Source of the DNA: Lingula anatina
Taxonomy: Eukaryota; Animalia; Brachiopoda
Reading direction: 5' to 3'
Length of the DNA: 64,000 nt
Assembly (NCBI GenBank): GCA_051362555.1
Contig: CM120649.1
Coordinates: 5,766,001 to 5,830,000 of the forward strand
In this document: piece by piece, positions 33,190-47,677 of the stretch
Layout: each line of letters begins with the position of its first letter
Numbering within the stretch: position 1 is the stretch's first letter
Position numbers and translations under genes: made by a program
The notes under the pieces: generated by a model
What the model was told of the DNA's origin: nothing
What the model saw: only the letters and a program-made list of their open reading frames with translations
Databases searched by the model: none

Positions 33190-36100
33190 TTATCGTCTGC
33201 TGCTACGACTGCTTCTTGAAGATGCTCTTGAACTTGCTGGACTACCGCCTACACCTGAAATAGAAAGGGTAAGACAGTCATTAGTGTATAATAATAATAA
33301 TCATAATAATAATAATAATATTAATAAATTTCTTCTAACTCAGTAGATATTAGTCTGCCACCACAACAGATATTAAAAACGATTTGGAAAAAAAACAAGG
33401 CAGCAAAGCTGTCAAATGTACAGACAAAAAGCAGAAAATAACAATGCACAAAATAGACTACTGTCAATTCTGATGCAAAAGTACATTATGCTTAACTGCA
33501 AATTCAACATCAAATTTTAATTATGCTCAACAGGTAATACCAATGTAAGTAAAATGTGTAACAAGCATAAGGCTTCAGGCCAATGGGAGTTCAAGTTCAC
33601 ACTTTGAAAATGCCAGAATGAGAAAAATGAGAACTTCACACAAAATTGCATAAATTCAATAATAAATGATAACCCAATTGAGCTGGCTTTCTAATTTGAA
33701 CTGCATGCCAATCCTAAAAATCATACTTGAAAGTTAAAAAAAATTATAAGTAACAGTTCTCTTTTCATAATGTTTGTAGTAGCAGTGCAATAAGATTTTT
33801 GTCAATTTTGATGTAACATTACATAATAAATTACAGAATAATTATCACCAATTTTTGATTATTGACTATAAATAGCATGGACATGTAGAAAATTTGATTA
33901 CCATTCGGCTTCATGTCCATGGGAGCTCTGAGTCCCATAATGAATATGCCAAAATGATAATAATGAATATTTCACTAAAATGTATAACTTCCAGAAAAAG
34001 AAGCCAATTAGAACATTCAGAAAACGTGACTAGCAAAGGTCTGCAAGCTCATGGAACTTCAAAGTCACACCTTGAAAATGCCAATATGTGAAAAATTAAA
34101 TTTTCACAAAAAACTGTTTAACTGCCAGAAAAAATTACCAAACAGACTGCATTGCCTACTGAAGCTGTATTTCAGCCCTATGTTTCTTTCCTGTAAGTTT
34201 GAAAACAGTAAGTGACATGGTTTTTCTTAAATGGTCATCATGGGAGCAGTGCCCAAAATAGGGGTTTCTTCAAATTTTGATGCAATATTACATAATGTTT
34301 AACAGCATTATGACCATCAATTTTTAATCATAAAATATCAGTATAATGGATATTCAGAAAATGTGACTAGCAAAGGTCTGCAGGCTCATGGAACTTCAAA
34401 GTCACATCTTAAAAATGCCAAAATGTAAACAAGACAGCACTGTTCTGAAATGGGTTTATTTCCATTTTTAACACTTTTTCAACATAAAACAAAATAAACA
34501 GTTTGTTGCCATTTTTATATGACCAACTAAGAAAATTGATGAGATGGGAAAAATATCAATAGAACAGTGTTAAATGTCCAATTTCCTCCATTCTGAAATT
34601 CTGAACATAGTGGATGATTGAATCTGACAAACTGCAATGATATGAGTTTATTTCCATTTTTGACACTTTATTACACAATACACGATAACAAGTTTACCAT
34701 CATTTTTACATAATCAATTAACAATGTTGTAAAGATGCAGGAAATATCAAACAAACACTTTTACTTATCTTTTTATTTAAATAATGAGACTGTTAACATG
34801 CCTAAGAATTGAATCTGAGGAAATGTGAAAAAACAGCAAAACTTCTAAAATAAGGGCCCAATTATGCTGATTTTTCGAACTCAACCTGCGTTTTAGTTAG
34901 TTTGACTACTCCTGTGAGTATAATGACAATTGGCCTATCTGTTTTTCTTATATTGTGTTATCAGTGTTGCATATATGCTGAAAAAAGTGAAAAAACAGCA
35001 TAAATTCCCTTAAAATGACCCAATCATGCTGATTTTCGAACTTGACCTGCGGATTATAAATATTCATCAGTTTTGTAAGTTTCAAGCCAAAAAGTAAAAT
35101 GGTTTTCCACTTATCGTGTTATCGGTGCTACATATATGCTGAAAAAAGTGAAAAAACAGCATAAATTCCCTAAAAATGACCCCATCATGCTGATTTTTGA
35201 ACTTGACCTGCGTATTATGAATATTCATCAGTTCTGAAAGTTTCAATCCAAGAAGTAAAATGGTTTTCCACTTATCGTGTTATCAGTGCTGTCTATATGC
35301 TGAAAAAAGTGAAAAAACAGTATAAAATTCCCTAAAAATGACCCAATCATGCTGATTTTCGAACTTGACCTGCGTATTATGAATATTCATCAGTTCTGTA
35401 AGTTTCAAGCCAAAATGTAAAACCGTTTTCCACTTATCGTGTTATCGGTAAAAGTGCACGCCAACGGCAACGGCAACGGCGACGACAGACGCAGGTGACG
35501 GCTATATGTACAGACACATCTGTGTCTGTACATAAAAAAAAAAAAAACGGAAAGAGTTGGCATCAGCAATATATGTCAAAAGGCCTTTAGTGACTAAAGA
35601 CTACATACGCATGAAATTGCATAATTATAATAATTTCTTTTAAATCAGAAAACTGTCAACTTAAATGGCTAAGTCTGTTATAACGAAAGTTAAAAAATTG
35701 AGGAAAAAAGGAAAATTGGAATAGGTTGGAATTAGAAGAATAATTCATATGGCAACAGGTCTTCAGCGACTTCTATGCAGAATCAGAGGTGAGCATGGGC
35801 AATATATAGGCAGACAGAGATATCATTCCACAGACGCCCCCATCTCACCTCCAATGGCAAGTCCTGCCCCTATGTCCACTGCAGCTGGTCTGCCCTGGCT
35901 GGATGTCTGGGAGGCTGGAGACTTGGGGGTGGAGTAGCCACTGCGGACGGAGGACAGGCTACTTCTGGCACTGGACGGGCGGGAACCAAATGGACTGCCC
36001 ATACCACCGGCTGGAGGTGGGGGAAGATTGGCCTGGAAATGATGAACACTTGGTTTAAAATACAGTAACAGACAATAATGATTTTTGATTAATTTAATCA

Positions 36101-36259
36101 ACAGTATAAAAATGCTCCTTAAATTATTCCTCAAAAATTTAATTGTCAACACCCAATTATATGCTACATTTTTATATTATTTCACAAAGTTTTATTATTG
36201 AGCCTGGAAAGTGGGCACGATCTTTTTCTCCTTTCTCTTTCATCCCCCCACCCCCACCC

Positions 36260-36295
<36 letters not shown>

Positions 36296-37000
36296 CACAC
36301 ACACACGTGTGCGTGCAGGCACTGGTCCCATGACTGACCTGTGTGAAGTAGAGGTTGACCGCCTGTGCCAGGTCTGGATACTGAGACGTCACCTCCCCCA
36401 CCTGCTTCATCGCCATCTTGTTGAACTCCCGCATCTCACGGATGTCCATGTCTTTCTGCAAATACCCAAAACAAAAGAGTACAGTTAGGTTACATAGCTC
36501 AGAACAACAACCTGAGTAATAACACTGTTTTTGGCAAATATACATAAGAAAAAAAAAAAACATCCCTCACAATTCATTGCTCAAAACAAATACATATCTG
36601 CTTCTTTCTGTAAATATACAAAAACCACTGATATGGCTCAGGAAACATTTGTCTGTAACTGTCAATTTGGCATTCTTAAATTTTTAACCATACAAATTTT
36701 AATCGTCTATTAGAAATATACAATATATAGTCTGCTAGACCTATGGGCCCTGTTATAGAACTCCTTACCTCATCTGGGACTTCTCCCTTGCTCTTCTTAG
36801 CAGATCTTATTTCCCTGGCATATCTTACATTCTGTATAAAATAAAACATGACATATACTTTATGATAAAATAAGTGATTTGTATTTAATTTGTATTTAAT
36901 TATTATTTTTAAAAATTACTATAATCAATTCCACCAATACCATTATCATTATAAAAAGCACTATTATCGTCATTACAATCACCACTAATTTTATAATAAT

Positions 37001-37038
<38 letters not shown>

Positions 37039-40000
37039 CCTGTTTCATGACTCTGTCCAGTTTACCCTGCTGTTCATCCATCTCCTTGTTCAACTGGAGG
37101 ATCTTGTTCTGCTTGTCCTGGATCATCTCGATATAGGCGTCTTCGTCCCTGGTCAGGGTGTCCAGGTTGTGGCTCATTGTCTGTCAAACAAAAAGTCACC
37201 AAATTCATTATCAAGGTCAACTTAAGGTCACAACATTCATTATCAAGGTCAAAAGGAGGTCACAGCATTCATTATCAAAGTCAACAGAAGGTCACAGCAT
37301 TCATTATCAAAGTCAAAAGAAGGAATCAGCATTTATTATCAAGGTCAGAGTTGGATTTTATGACAATGTTAGTTTAATTGTATTTATGTCATAAGTAGAA
37401 TTTAAAATGTAATTCAAGCATTGTAGATTGAAGGGCTCTGTTTCTAACAAGACTTCATAGGGGCTAAAGATCAATGCTTGGTGTCCAGGACAGTGTCAAA
37501 AAATCTAACACAAAAATAAAAAATAATAAATAAATAATAAATATTCATGAAAATAATGATACTAATGGATAGCCATTTATAAAGGCTATACACACGTGCC
37601 CTTTCGTACCTGTAAATCTTCCTGAAGCTCTCTGATCTGCCTACGCTTGTATTTGTATTTATCCATGACAGCCCTCATCTGTTCTTCTAGCTGTGCCTTC
37701 TCTTCCATGTCATCACCTTGAAAAAAGTACAATAATATTAAATTAAACATGAAAATTAACTCAATTCAATGGGACAAACAAAATGCTAAGCATCAATAAT
37801 AGAACTTTTTTAATAAAAGTATTATTATAAATACTTATAAATGTAAATATTATTTCAAAATATTCAGGGTGTAAATTACTATGATATACATTCAACTAGC
37901 TAAATTTACCTGTAACTGCATGCATAAGTACCCACGGAGTCTGTGTCTCCACCCCACCCCCACCCCCCACCCTCAACCCCTCCACTCCAACACAGTTTCT
38001 GCTAAATTTAACTGAACTCAGTGAATTAGTTGAAGATATTTACACACAAGTTCATGGACAACAAATACTCACTGGAATCTGTGACTTTATTAAAGCTCTT
38101 TCTGTACTGTTCATTCCTCCCGTTCATCAGCCTCAGTGTATTCTCCAGGGCTTGGATCTCTTTCTCAGCCTTCCTGATCCTGGCGTCTAGGTCGTCACCT
38201 GTACGCTGGAGCTCTTCCTTCTCTTGGGCAGCCTGTTCATAAACAATGACAAAAGATGAATAATAAGATAAGTACTACACATCTCTGTTGTAAAATCTAA
38301 GCTTGTTTTCAAAGGACATCACAGAAAACAATATTTTATATCTACCAGCACAGTTACCAGTGCATGGTGCAAAGAAAAAAAAAAAAGAAAAAAGAAAAAA
38401 AATTCCTTACTCGAATCACGTAGTATGCCTGGGATTTCTCTTCTTCCCCCTCTGGTGGCGCCATCTGTACCATCAGGATCTCATATCTAGATGACGAAGA
38501 AAACTTTATCATACGGAGGGCAAAGAAGTGATGTGGGTCTTATGTATCTTTAAACATGCAGTGATCAAGTTCTCATTGTATAAAAAGTAGAACTTAATTC
38601 ATAAATCGAATTTATTATATAGATAATGTCAATTTCTTCCACTGTAAATAATTTGACACAAAATGTTGCAAGCTCATCCCAGGTAGTGTCACAAATCTTT
38701 CTCAACACAAACAACTGGACAAGTTGCTTGTTTGCACACTTATATTAATACTTTAATTTCATTTGTTCATTAATTTCCCATACTAACTGATTACTGACAT
38801 TGTCTAAAAATTAATAATCATGCAATCACGTATGAAGAACATTTTAAACACAAAAATTGTGACAAGCCGAGCAGAAAGCCATATACACCACAATCTGACA
38901 CTAGGGGCTCAGTTACTGCACCCTGTCTATCATAATGTTGTCCAGAGATAACTGACCTTTTCCTAAGTTTGTCAATCTTGGCTATCCTGTCGTGGAGCTC
39001 TGCACTGATCTGTGACCTCTCCTCATCTGCCGCTCTCACCTGTGCTGTCAACATCTCTGTGTGGATGTCTATCTCACCACGACGCTCTTTCATCGCCTAA
39101 AAATAAATATTTATATTTATATTTATATGTGAACAATACAGTTCATGTCGGACAAATTATACATATGGGCCTGTATCTATACCACTCAGTCTCTGACAAA
39201 CAGGGTTTCATACTTCTTTGCCAAATTTAAACCAAATACAGATAAAAAAATCTAAACAAATATACAATATCTCACCACATCTATCACAGACAGATTAAGT
39301 CTAAAATTACCCACTTGACCACTGACCATTAAAAACAATGCTAAATTGAGCCCAGATGCAAAATAATGTTAAGATCCACTTACAGTTTCCAACTGCAGTC
39401 TCCTCTTCTCCAATGTGAACACATCGTCAGCTTTGGTGTACAACATGTCCCGCAGCCGCTTGATCTCCAACTTAAGAATGTTGTCATCCACCATCTTTTG
39501 CTGTAAGAGGAAAATGATTTTGTTGAGAAAAATGGCTATATCAAGAAGTCCATTCATTGCATATAACATATAACAATCTAATAACAGAAAGGAAAAACGA
39601 AACAAATATATTTTTTTCAATTCTGAATCCAGCTCTGATAATCTTAGATCCTTCACCTACTTATAACCACCACATAATGCCCAGCAGTTTCAAGTTTAAA
39701 TTCTGTCAGCACCATATTGCCCCACACAGTCCCTCCCCCCAGCTCCCCCACCACCACCTACCCCCCTCTATAAAGACCTGTCCCCCCTGCTCCCCCAGCC
39801 CTCCACCACCCCACCAAACCCCACTCTGTCCCCCCTGCTCACCTGTTTCACCCCAGTGAGTCTCTTGAGCTCCCTCTGTGAACTGTCATTGTGGAGGTTC
39901 AGCTCCTCTATCTTGCTGGTCATGTCTGCTTTCTCCTTGGTGCTTTTGTCCAGTTCACGGCCCACTCTGCGGATGTCATCCTGGAAATAAATTTTAATTT

Positions 40001-43000
40001 AAAAGTCTTGTCCAGTGGATAACAGTCACATGAAGAAGGGACCACATAAAAAGTTGTTGTAAGAGCAGCAAAAAAAATAAAAAAATCGGTCAAAGTTACT
40101 ACATTTTATTTTATTATATAAAAATCTTTGATCTAAATTACTTTTTTAACCCCCCTGGCTAAGGGCCTGCTTACACAATACAAGTCCTTACCTGCAGTCT
40201 CTTCAACTGCAGTCCCAGCAATGCATTGGTGCTGTTCTTCTCCTCCAGAGTGTCCGTCAACTCCTTGATCCTTGCCTCCAGGTGGACCTTCTCCTCGTTA
40301 CTGCGCTCGCCCTGCATGCGATTAATACGCCTGTCAAGCTGCTGCAGGTTGAAATCCTGGTTGTATATGATCTCCTGTTGCTTCAGAGAGTCGTGATCCA
40401 GCTTGGCGACTTTGCTGTTCAGGTTACGAATGGCAGCCTGGCTGCCCTGGATCTCTGCCTCTGTGTCTCTTTCACTCCTCTTGGCATCAAAGAGCTCCTG
40501 GGATTTCTTGTAGTGCAGCTCACGCAGTCGTTTGAGCTCTGTGTCCATTTCTTTCTGTCGGCGCTCTTCTTCTTGCATGATCTCATCCATGCGTGCTGCA
40601 CGCTCCTCTGCACTCAGCTCAGACTCTGTTACGATCTTCAATTTCTCCTGCAGCTGTTCTCGCATTTCCAGGGCTTCTTCAAGTCTGAAAATTAAACAAA
40701 AATCAATGACCAAAGAGCAACCTAGTTATAAATCAGAAACTGACTTCCAATTAAGAAGAAAAAAATCACCTGTAGAAATATTCTGATAATTCTCATTCTT
40801 CAAATAAATATATCTTGTTGAGTTAAAAAATCAATTGAAAAACACAATCTTTATGATTTTTGGTTCATTATACATATTAAAGAATATAGTCATAATTTTC
40901 AAATATTGCCAATTTCTAACTTCATAGAAAAAAATCAATTTAGGTATTACTTATAATTTTATACATAATTCATCATCTATTATTCTTTACTTCAAAATAG
41001 GAGTACTTTTCTATTCAGGAAAAAAATATTGTATGGTCTGGTCAATTAATTTTAATGCTATATAGGCAATAATTGAAGGCATTTTGCCAAATACACATTA
41101 AAAAGAATTATCACTTAGAGAATACTGTGTTAACAAATACCAAATGATTTTTTTAAACTTTTGAAAAATTTTTTGAAAAAAAAAAAATGAATAAGCAAAT
41201 CATGCCGAACCATGGCAGTACTTACTTCTTGGTCCTGTCAATGACGTCTTTTTTCAGCTGTGTCACCTGTCCCCTGGCGCCCTCTAGGTCTGTGGCTGTC
41301 CTGTCCACTGTGCGTTTCAGGGCATCCAACTAAAACAAGAACACAATAAAGTTTGGAAAAATGTTCCTCAAATTTCTCATTATTTGCCATCAAATGTCTG
41401 ACTTTATAGGTAAATTAAAATAAATCTTATCCAATATAGACATTAAATGCAATTATTATAGTCTTTCACACGAACTAGTTTCTTACTATATAAATCTGCT
41501 GGCACTAGTTCAAATATCTCTCAAAAGGGGGCACCCCCTGGAGGCTATACTGATATAGTCCAAAATATGACATGAAAATTTTACTACATTTTATCACAAT
41601 TAAAAATCAAAACTACCTCATCTGAGAACCTGATCCTCTCAGCATCGGCTTCCTGGTAGTCTATTCTGTTCTTTGCAGCCAGACGTTCAGCCACGGATAT
41701 TTTCTTCTCCAGTTCTTTGTTGTTCTCTATTTCATTGTCCAGAAACTGCTGCTTCTCCTTGATCAGCTCTTCCCTGTTTCTTACCTCTGCCTTTACCTTG
41801 GCCAAAGCCTAAAAAATATGAAAATAAATTTCAGAAAATAAATAAATAAAACCATATAAGAATCACACGGTTTCACAAACAGTTCATTTTTAGGGAAATT
41901 GCAAAGACTGTTTGAAACAATTAGTAATTAATTTTGTCCAAAAACCTAAGCCTCACTTCCATCTGCATTTAAATGACTAATGCTATGTACAATTATATGA
42001 AGTAAGACAATGGAAATTGTTTAAAGATTTGAAATAGAATGGTGTCAAGACATCAAAATTTCTCATTGACTGACATGTGATATGTTTTTCATCCTGAAAT
42101 TAAATTTCACTGCACCTAATTACAACTAAGCTGGCTTCAAATGATCTCATATCACATTAAAGAATTTATAGTATATCTTGTATGTTTACATCATTACCTG
42201 AGCCAACAGATCCATTTCTTTGTCCCTTTTCTGCATTTGGTCAATGGTGTTCTCCCACTGCCGTATGAGATCTTGACGCTCAGCGTGCGCTTTACGAAAC
42301 TCCTCGGCTGTCTTGTCCAGCTCTATCTGTGCAGTAAGTGTCTCTGTGGTCTCGTGGTCCAGCTTGTGTCTGTGGTCCATAGCCTCATCTGTGAGGTGCT
42401 CCATTCTCAGTGATAATTCCTGCACAACACATAATATAGTATAGTTACTCATATAACTTGTTCAAAATTAATTGAAATAACAAATATAATTTCTTGGTAG
42501 ATCTAAACTTTTAAAAAATGTTGTTATATTAAACATAAAGTCAGCAATTTTTAAAACAAATCATCAAAGAAAATTGCATTTCACCATGAAAAGACAAATC
42601 CTTGTCTTTCCATAAAAAAAGTGCCACAGAATTTCCATACAACTTCAAATCCCTACAGTACTGAACTTTGACCTTACTTTGATTTTGGCTTCGTCCTGCC
42701 TCGAGTACTTTGAGATGGTCATGGCATCCTCATCTTTGCGTGCTGACTCCTCTAGCCAGGCTTCAAGGGCCTGCTGGTCCCAATTCATCTGAGATTTCAG
42801 CTCCTCTAATTTCTGGGTCTGCTTGAAGATGTTGTTCTGGAAAATACAAAACCACTTATACTTGCTGTAGGAAATTAGACAAAAATATGCTTGTCAACAG
42901 AAAATGATGTATAAGATTGCAAACTTTTATTTGTATCTTAAATACATTGTACAACTTCTGTATATTTCTAAAAAAATATGTGAAAAAAGAAAAATTGGCA

Positions 43001-44122
43001 CAACTGTTGATTAAAAAATTTTAGCTGTAACAAAAATGTTACAATGAATCAAAAATAAATTCTAATCAATTAAAATGTTTGTCATTCCAATGAAACATGA
43101 GTAGTGAAAAATCAATGTAAGATATGGAAAAAATTATGTCACTAAGCACTTTCAATACCTCATATATATTCTTCTGCTCCTTCAAGTTTTCATATTCTCT
43201 CTCCAACCTTTGGATTTCCTGCTTCAGTCTCCCCATTTCCCTCTGGGCTATTTTGCTCATGTGATCTTCAGTTTCAGTTTCCCTATTTCTGGCATTCAGG
43301 AGACCCTGCCAGAGACAGAATAAAGTGTTTGAATTCATTTAGAAAAGATGAACATTGCACAGAATAAGTATTTTTTTTTTTTTACTGATGAAATTGGATT
43401 TTGTGCTACATGTATTAACCTGAAATATTCCAGGACAAATCTTTGTCTACTTTTTTAAACAGTGATCTGATGGTCAAAAAGCAACAGAAAATCTATAACT
43501 AGTAAGATATTATTTCCACAAGATCACTCCTCTGCTACCACCAGATCTTGAAGGGCATGTTTACCTGAGTGTGGTGCAACTCCTGCCTAACATTCTTCAG
43601 GTGCTCTGACATAGCATGCACTCTGTCATCATTGTCATTCAGCTCATTCTTGGAAGCAACAATAGCCTTCTGTTTCTTGTTTATCTAAAAAAGATGAAAA
43701 CAAACATATAAGCTTTTTAGCTTGTCAGATGATTTACAATTGTAAATTTATATATAGACAAAGTAAAGGAGTCGTTGCCTGATATATATGTTATGGATTT
43801 GAAATGCTGTCACTGAGTAATTATGAAACGGATAAAAAGGCACATTAAATTAGAAATAATCCACCACCCCCTCATTTACTGGAAGACGGTTAGCGTGTTT
43901 ACATCACAAAATATACACAGCAATCCATCTTCCAAAGTCTCTCTCTCCCTACCGATATAAGTCGCTTAAAAATTGCTGTTCATTCTCTAATCATAAATGG
44001 TACCTTTAACTGACATGCATTTCAACTGAACTTACCTCATCTTCGAGGTACTTGTTTTCTGCATTTGCCACGGGCACTGCAAAGCCCTCATCCCAATCCA
44101 TTTCACTCAGAATGCTGCTCAT
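33190..44122 (-). CDS. CCDC39: Coiled-coil domain-containing protein 39 (axonemal 96-nm ruler subunit)
   Basis: Start [29 protein letters not shown] resembles recalled human CCDC39. Exons 44122-44036, 43684-43565, 43305-43159, 42836-42678, 42419-42198, 41808-41617, 41329-41226, 40684-40192, 39980-39843, 39500-39384, 39096-38957, 38486-38411, 38232-38073, 37716-37610, 37180-37040, 36831-36769, 36455-36339, 36032-35849, 33254-33190. Conserved motifs [56 protein letters not shown]. Confidence 0.96.
33395..35534 (-). mobile_element. HINE-like element, about 2.1-kb derivative, in the last intron of CCDC39
   Basis: Same termini as 11503 (ACAAGGCAGCAAAGCTGTCAAATGTACAGACA ... ATGTACAGACACATCTGTGTCTGTACATA), flanked by A-runs; contains 337-bp and 161-bp units. 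Confidence 0.88.
37195..37348. repeat. 32-bp minisatellite, about five copies, next to a CCDC39 acceptor
   Basis: Unit ggtcacagcattcattatcaa(a/g)gtcaaaaga. Confidence 0.85.
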
Positions 44123-44229
44123 TTTGGTCGTCTTGTTAATTGTTTACCTCTCGTTTGTGCTATATTTCTAAATGTCGTTAATAATAATCCTTTTGACGTC
44201 TTAGTTTAGTACTCTCGGGTAGCGCTCTT

Positions 44230-44610
44230 TCTATTGGCGCATTAACGGTTATATCATATAATTAAATCAAGTACTTCTATATTTTCCCATCCAGTAAAAC
44301 GCAAGGCTCATTTGTGCATAGCACACTGCTGAATGAAAGAATCCAATAGTTTGCTGTGGATACCAAGCCCCGGATGTTGCTACGGGATCTCGCGAGATAA
44401 CATAGCCTTGGTTTAGAATCTGTTTTTATTTTCCAACATTACATTTAAGTAGATATATGGAAGAAAACTCCTCGATCTTGTGTTTCCATTTGCTGTGTTT
44501 TCGCCTGGTTATAAGGAAAACATTCAAAATAAAAATAATTAAAATATAAAAACTTAGGTCACGTGATATGCGAGAACCTCTTACGTCACGTGACTGTCAT
44601 GTGACAACGT
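44230..44610. promoter_or_regulatory. CCDC39 promoter region
   Basis: Upstream of the ATG at 44122. CCAAT boxes (about 44233 and 44343), X-box-like GTTTGCTGTGGATAC (44349-44363) and GTTGCTACGGGATC (44376-44389), palindrome TCTCGCGAGA (44388-44397), E-boxes GTCACGTGA (about 44558 and 44585) and GTCATGTGAC (about 44595). Confidence 0.6.
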
Positions 44611-47600
44611 TCCAGCTGTACGAAGAAGCAAAATGCCGTTAAAAGTGCATGGTAAAACTGTTGTCTTGTAAATAAAAAGTAAACGGAGTTTAAATGATCA
44701 TAAGTTTATCCATATTTCCTTTAGGCTAGTTATTTCGTATTAAAATATTAAACTTTTCGGTTTTTCTAGTCATTATGGAATGAAAGAATACCCCCCCCCT
44801 CGTACTGTACTCAGTACATGTACAGTTTACATATATGTATACAACTAAGCTGAGGCACCACAGCCTTAGTGTACTCGTACAGCATGTATGACAAGTAAAA
44901 CCTGGGTTCTTACACACACATCATCATAAAATAAAACATAGCCACCAATTTATTAAATGCATATAGGGGAATTATTGGTGCAAATGATGCATTCGTTTAC
45001 TAAAAATACTGGGTACTGTGTATAATTGTATTACGATTTCAAAGATCATTGGGTTCCCCCATTTATGTTCACATGTACATATATGCTACACCGGTAGTAA
45101 GGTTCATATTTGTACAAAACCATAAAGATTTTCTTCATGTAGAGCAAGTGATGTACGTAGAGCTTACTTGTATGGGGTAAGGATGAAATACTGGGATGCC
45201 TGAGCACAACGCTGAGTAATCACTCAGTTTGCAATATTTTGGATTTCATGAAAATAAAACATACACGTATCAAAAGACATTAACACAGCTTTTTTATTCC
45301 CTCTTTTAGGCATTTTTCCCATTTAAGCCAAAAACATATAAATATCATGTGAAAAATAACAACAACAATAAATGCTCTTTCATTTATTAAAACCCAACAA
45401 CCATAATCTATACATACTGTATTAACTCAGTAACATACGGTATTATGTTTATATACAAATACTATAACAGCTATATAATAATTATCTTATGTTCAAAACA
45501 GGGGAACCAGAAGAGCTCAAGCCTGCCTGCAATTTGGGTTTAACAAAAAGTGTTCAAGTCTGAAATTCAGAAATAAGATGACTTGAAAGTGCATATACAT
45601 GTTTCTGTGGATGATACCAAGCACCTTCTGAATAAAGGGTTTGTTTAGTTTCAGGCCTTAAAGCTTAAACACTGATAGTTCACATGATTTTGCTCTTCTC
45701 ACAAGAGCAACATGTAGGGGAAACATGATCTGGGAAACACCAGTAGGTGCTTACCTATATTGTGACCATTCATTGGCCTTCTAAAGGAATGAACAAGATA
45801 TTGTTCAGATTAATATAGATCAATATAATTATCACATAGTATACTTTTAATGAAGTGTTTAATTTTTTTTCTTTTTTTCATCTCAAATATAATCATCTCA
45901 GTAGACTATTAAAACTAAATATGCAATTTTTCTATTCTATAGTAAGAATGTTCCTCACCATAGTATTCAATTACAGCTTGCCATTTTCCTAATTTTTTTT
46001 TTTTTACATAACTGTAATATTATTATCCTTATAACAAATTATGCAAGAATAAAGTTTTCATTGTTAAATATATATACAATGCAGAGCTGATCCAATTTCT
46101 TGCATGTACTAGTATCTCAAATCTAACAATTTTGACTCCTTTCTTCATACAATTATACCATAAGATATACACCCCTTCTTTATATAAGCACTTAAGCAAC
46201 AGCTCATAAAACACTTCAGAATAACAATTAAACAAACCTTATATTCAACCACTAAATTTCTCCTACAGTGTACAGTAAAAGCTTGAAAATTTCGTCACTG
46301 AAAAATTAATTTTTCAAAATGCAAGAATCCAACTTGGCCACATTAGCTAACAAACTTTTCAAATTTATTGAGAAGCTCATTTTCAAACTTGACAAAATTT
46401 TCGAAGTGTAAAAAATTATGTCCGGAGAATCGTCTTCCGACTAAATTTTCAAGTTTTTACCGACTGGTGAGCCCCGAGTTTCAGAGGTCAATGTATGGAA
46501 TCTCTCCTCCAAAAACAGCACGTCAGGATGCTTAATACCAGTGACCTCTAACCACAGGGTGACTCTAGTATCTTTCAGGCCACATAATAATAATAATAAT
46601 TTATTTATTTCAAGGTAGTAAAACATGTTCATTTAAACTATTAATCTTCCATACGACCCTCTATATTGGATGTTTTCAAATCAAAACTTTAAAACTGAAA
46701 CAAATTAAAGCATTTGATTATAAAACAATAGGCATATTGTAATGGTTTCTCTCAGAACTGTACTTTGTCAATAAATAATAATTGCATTTAGAATATCTAA
46801 CCATCTCTATCCATAATTTTGATACCTCTGATGAAATACTAATTGACATTATAGTGATTACGATAAGCCAAAATCAAGTTATCACTTGAATGTACACTCC
46901 ATGGGTGTGACTCTGTTTTAGTCTTCTTTACATTTCTGGAAACAATAAAAATTGCTTAATCATATATATTATATAAAGCATTATGCTTATTAGATAGCTG
47001 CAATATGCTACATACATTCATCTTGGGTTTATCTAAGACAGTTTCAACCTATATCTTAAACAAAGCAGCCGCCTGTAATCACAACCCTTAAAATAGTTTG
47101 TGTTTATGAAAGGACCCACTGCAAATCCAAATAATCATCTGAATAACAGTGACATAAAACACACATAAAAGTTAATTAAAATGATTGCAACAACTGTATA
47201 AAACAGCAATCCACTGTATTCAGTTAAATATATGAAATATGAGATACATGATAATAAACATTATCCTAATGGACATTTCCTTGTAGAACAAAACGTCAAA
47301 CCATTTCTTCTGGCTTTGTCGCAATTGTTCTGTGGCTCTGATTGAAGGAATTTAGACCCGTCATCTCATCTTTTATCACTGTATATATATAAAATGTCTA
47401 CTATTAATTCATTAAAAACAACAAACCTCATGATTGTCAAGAGTACAAAAAACAACACAAAAATGAGACGATGTTAGTACTGAAAACCTGCACTCTGAAA
47501 TATATATCATGAGACTATAAAAAACTGTTTCTTAGTGGCATATGTACCCTTAGTCTCAAACTGTGGCACACCATTCTGCCAAATGGGTATGTTTTTTTTG

Positions 47601-47621
47601 TTAAATCATAAGCCCCTCCCC

Positions 47622-47677
<56 letters not shown>

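Larger units (their letters stand above)
25691..36017. repeat. Tandem segmental duplication, copy B
   Basis: Begins at a (GA)n tract homologous to 19652-19680 and ends inside the CCDC39 penultimate exon. Confidence 0.85.

Noticed and set aside
40282-40786. Long plus-strand ORFs opposite the CCDC39 and 49.6-50.1 kb exons
   Set aside because: Antisense shadows of real coding exons.
47623-47674. Long poly-A (and poly-G at 53736-53760) as a retrocopy tail or G-quadruplex
   Set aside because: No adjacent retro-element body or TSD; simple homopolymers whose length may be sequencing-dependent.
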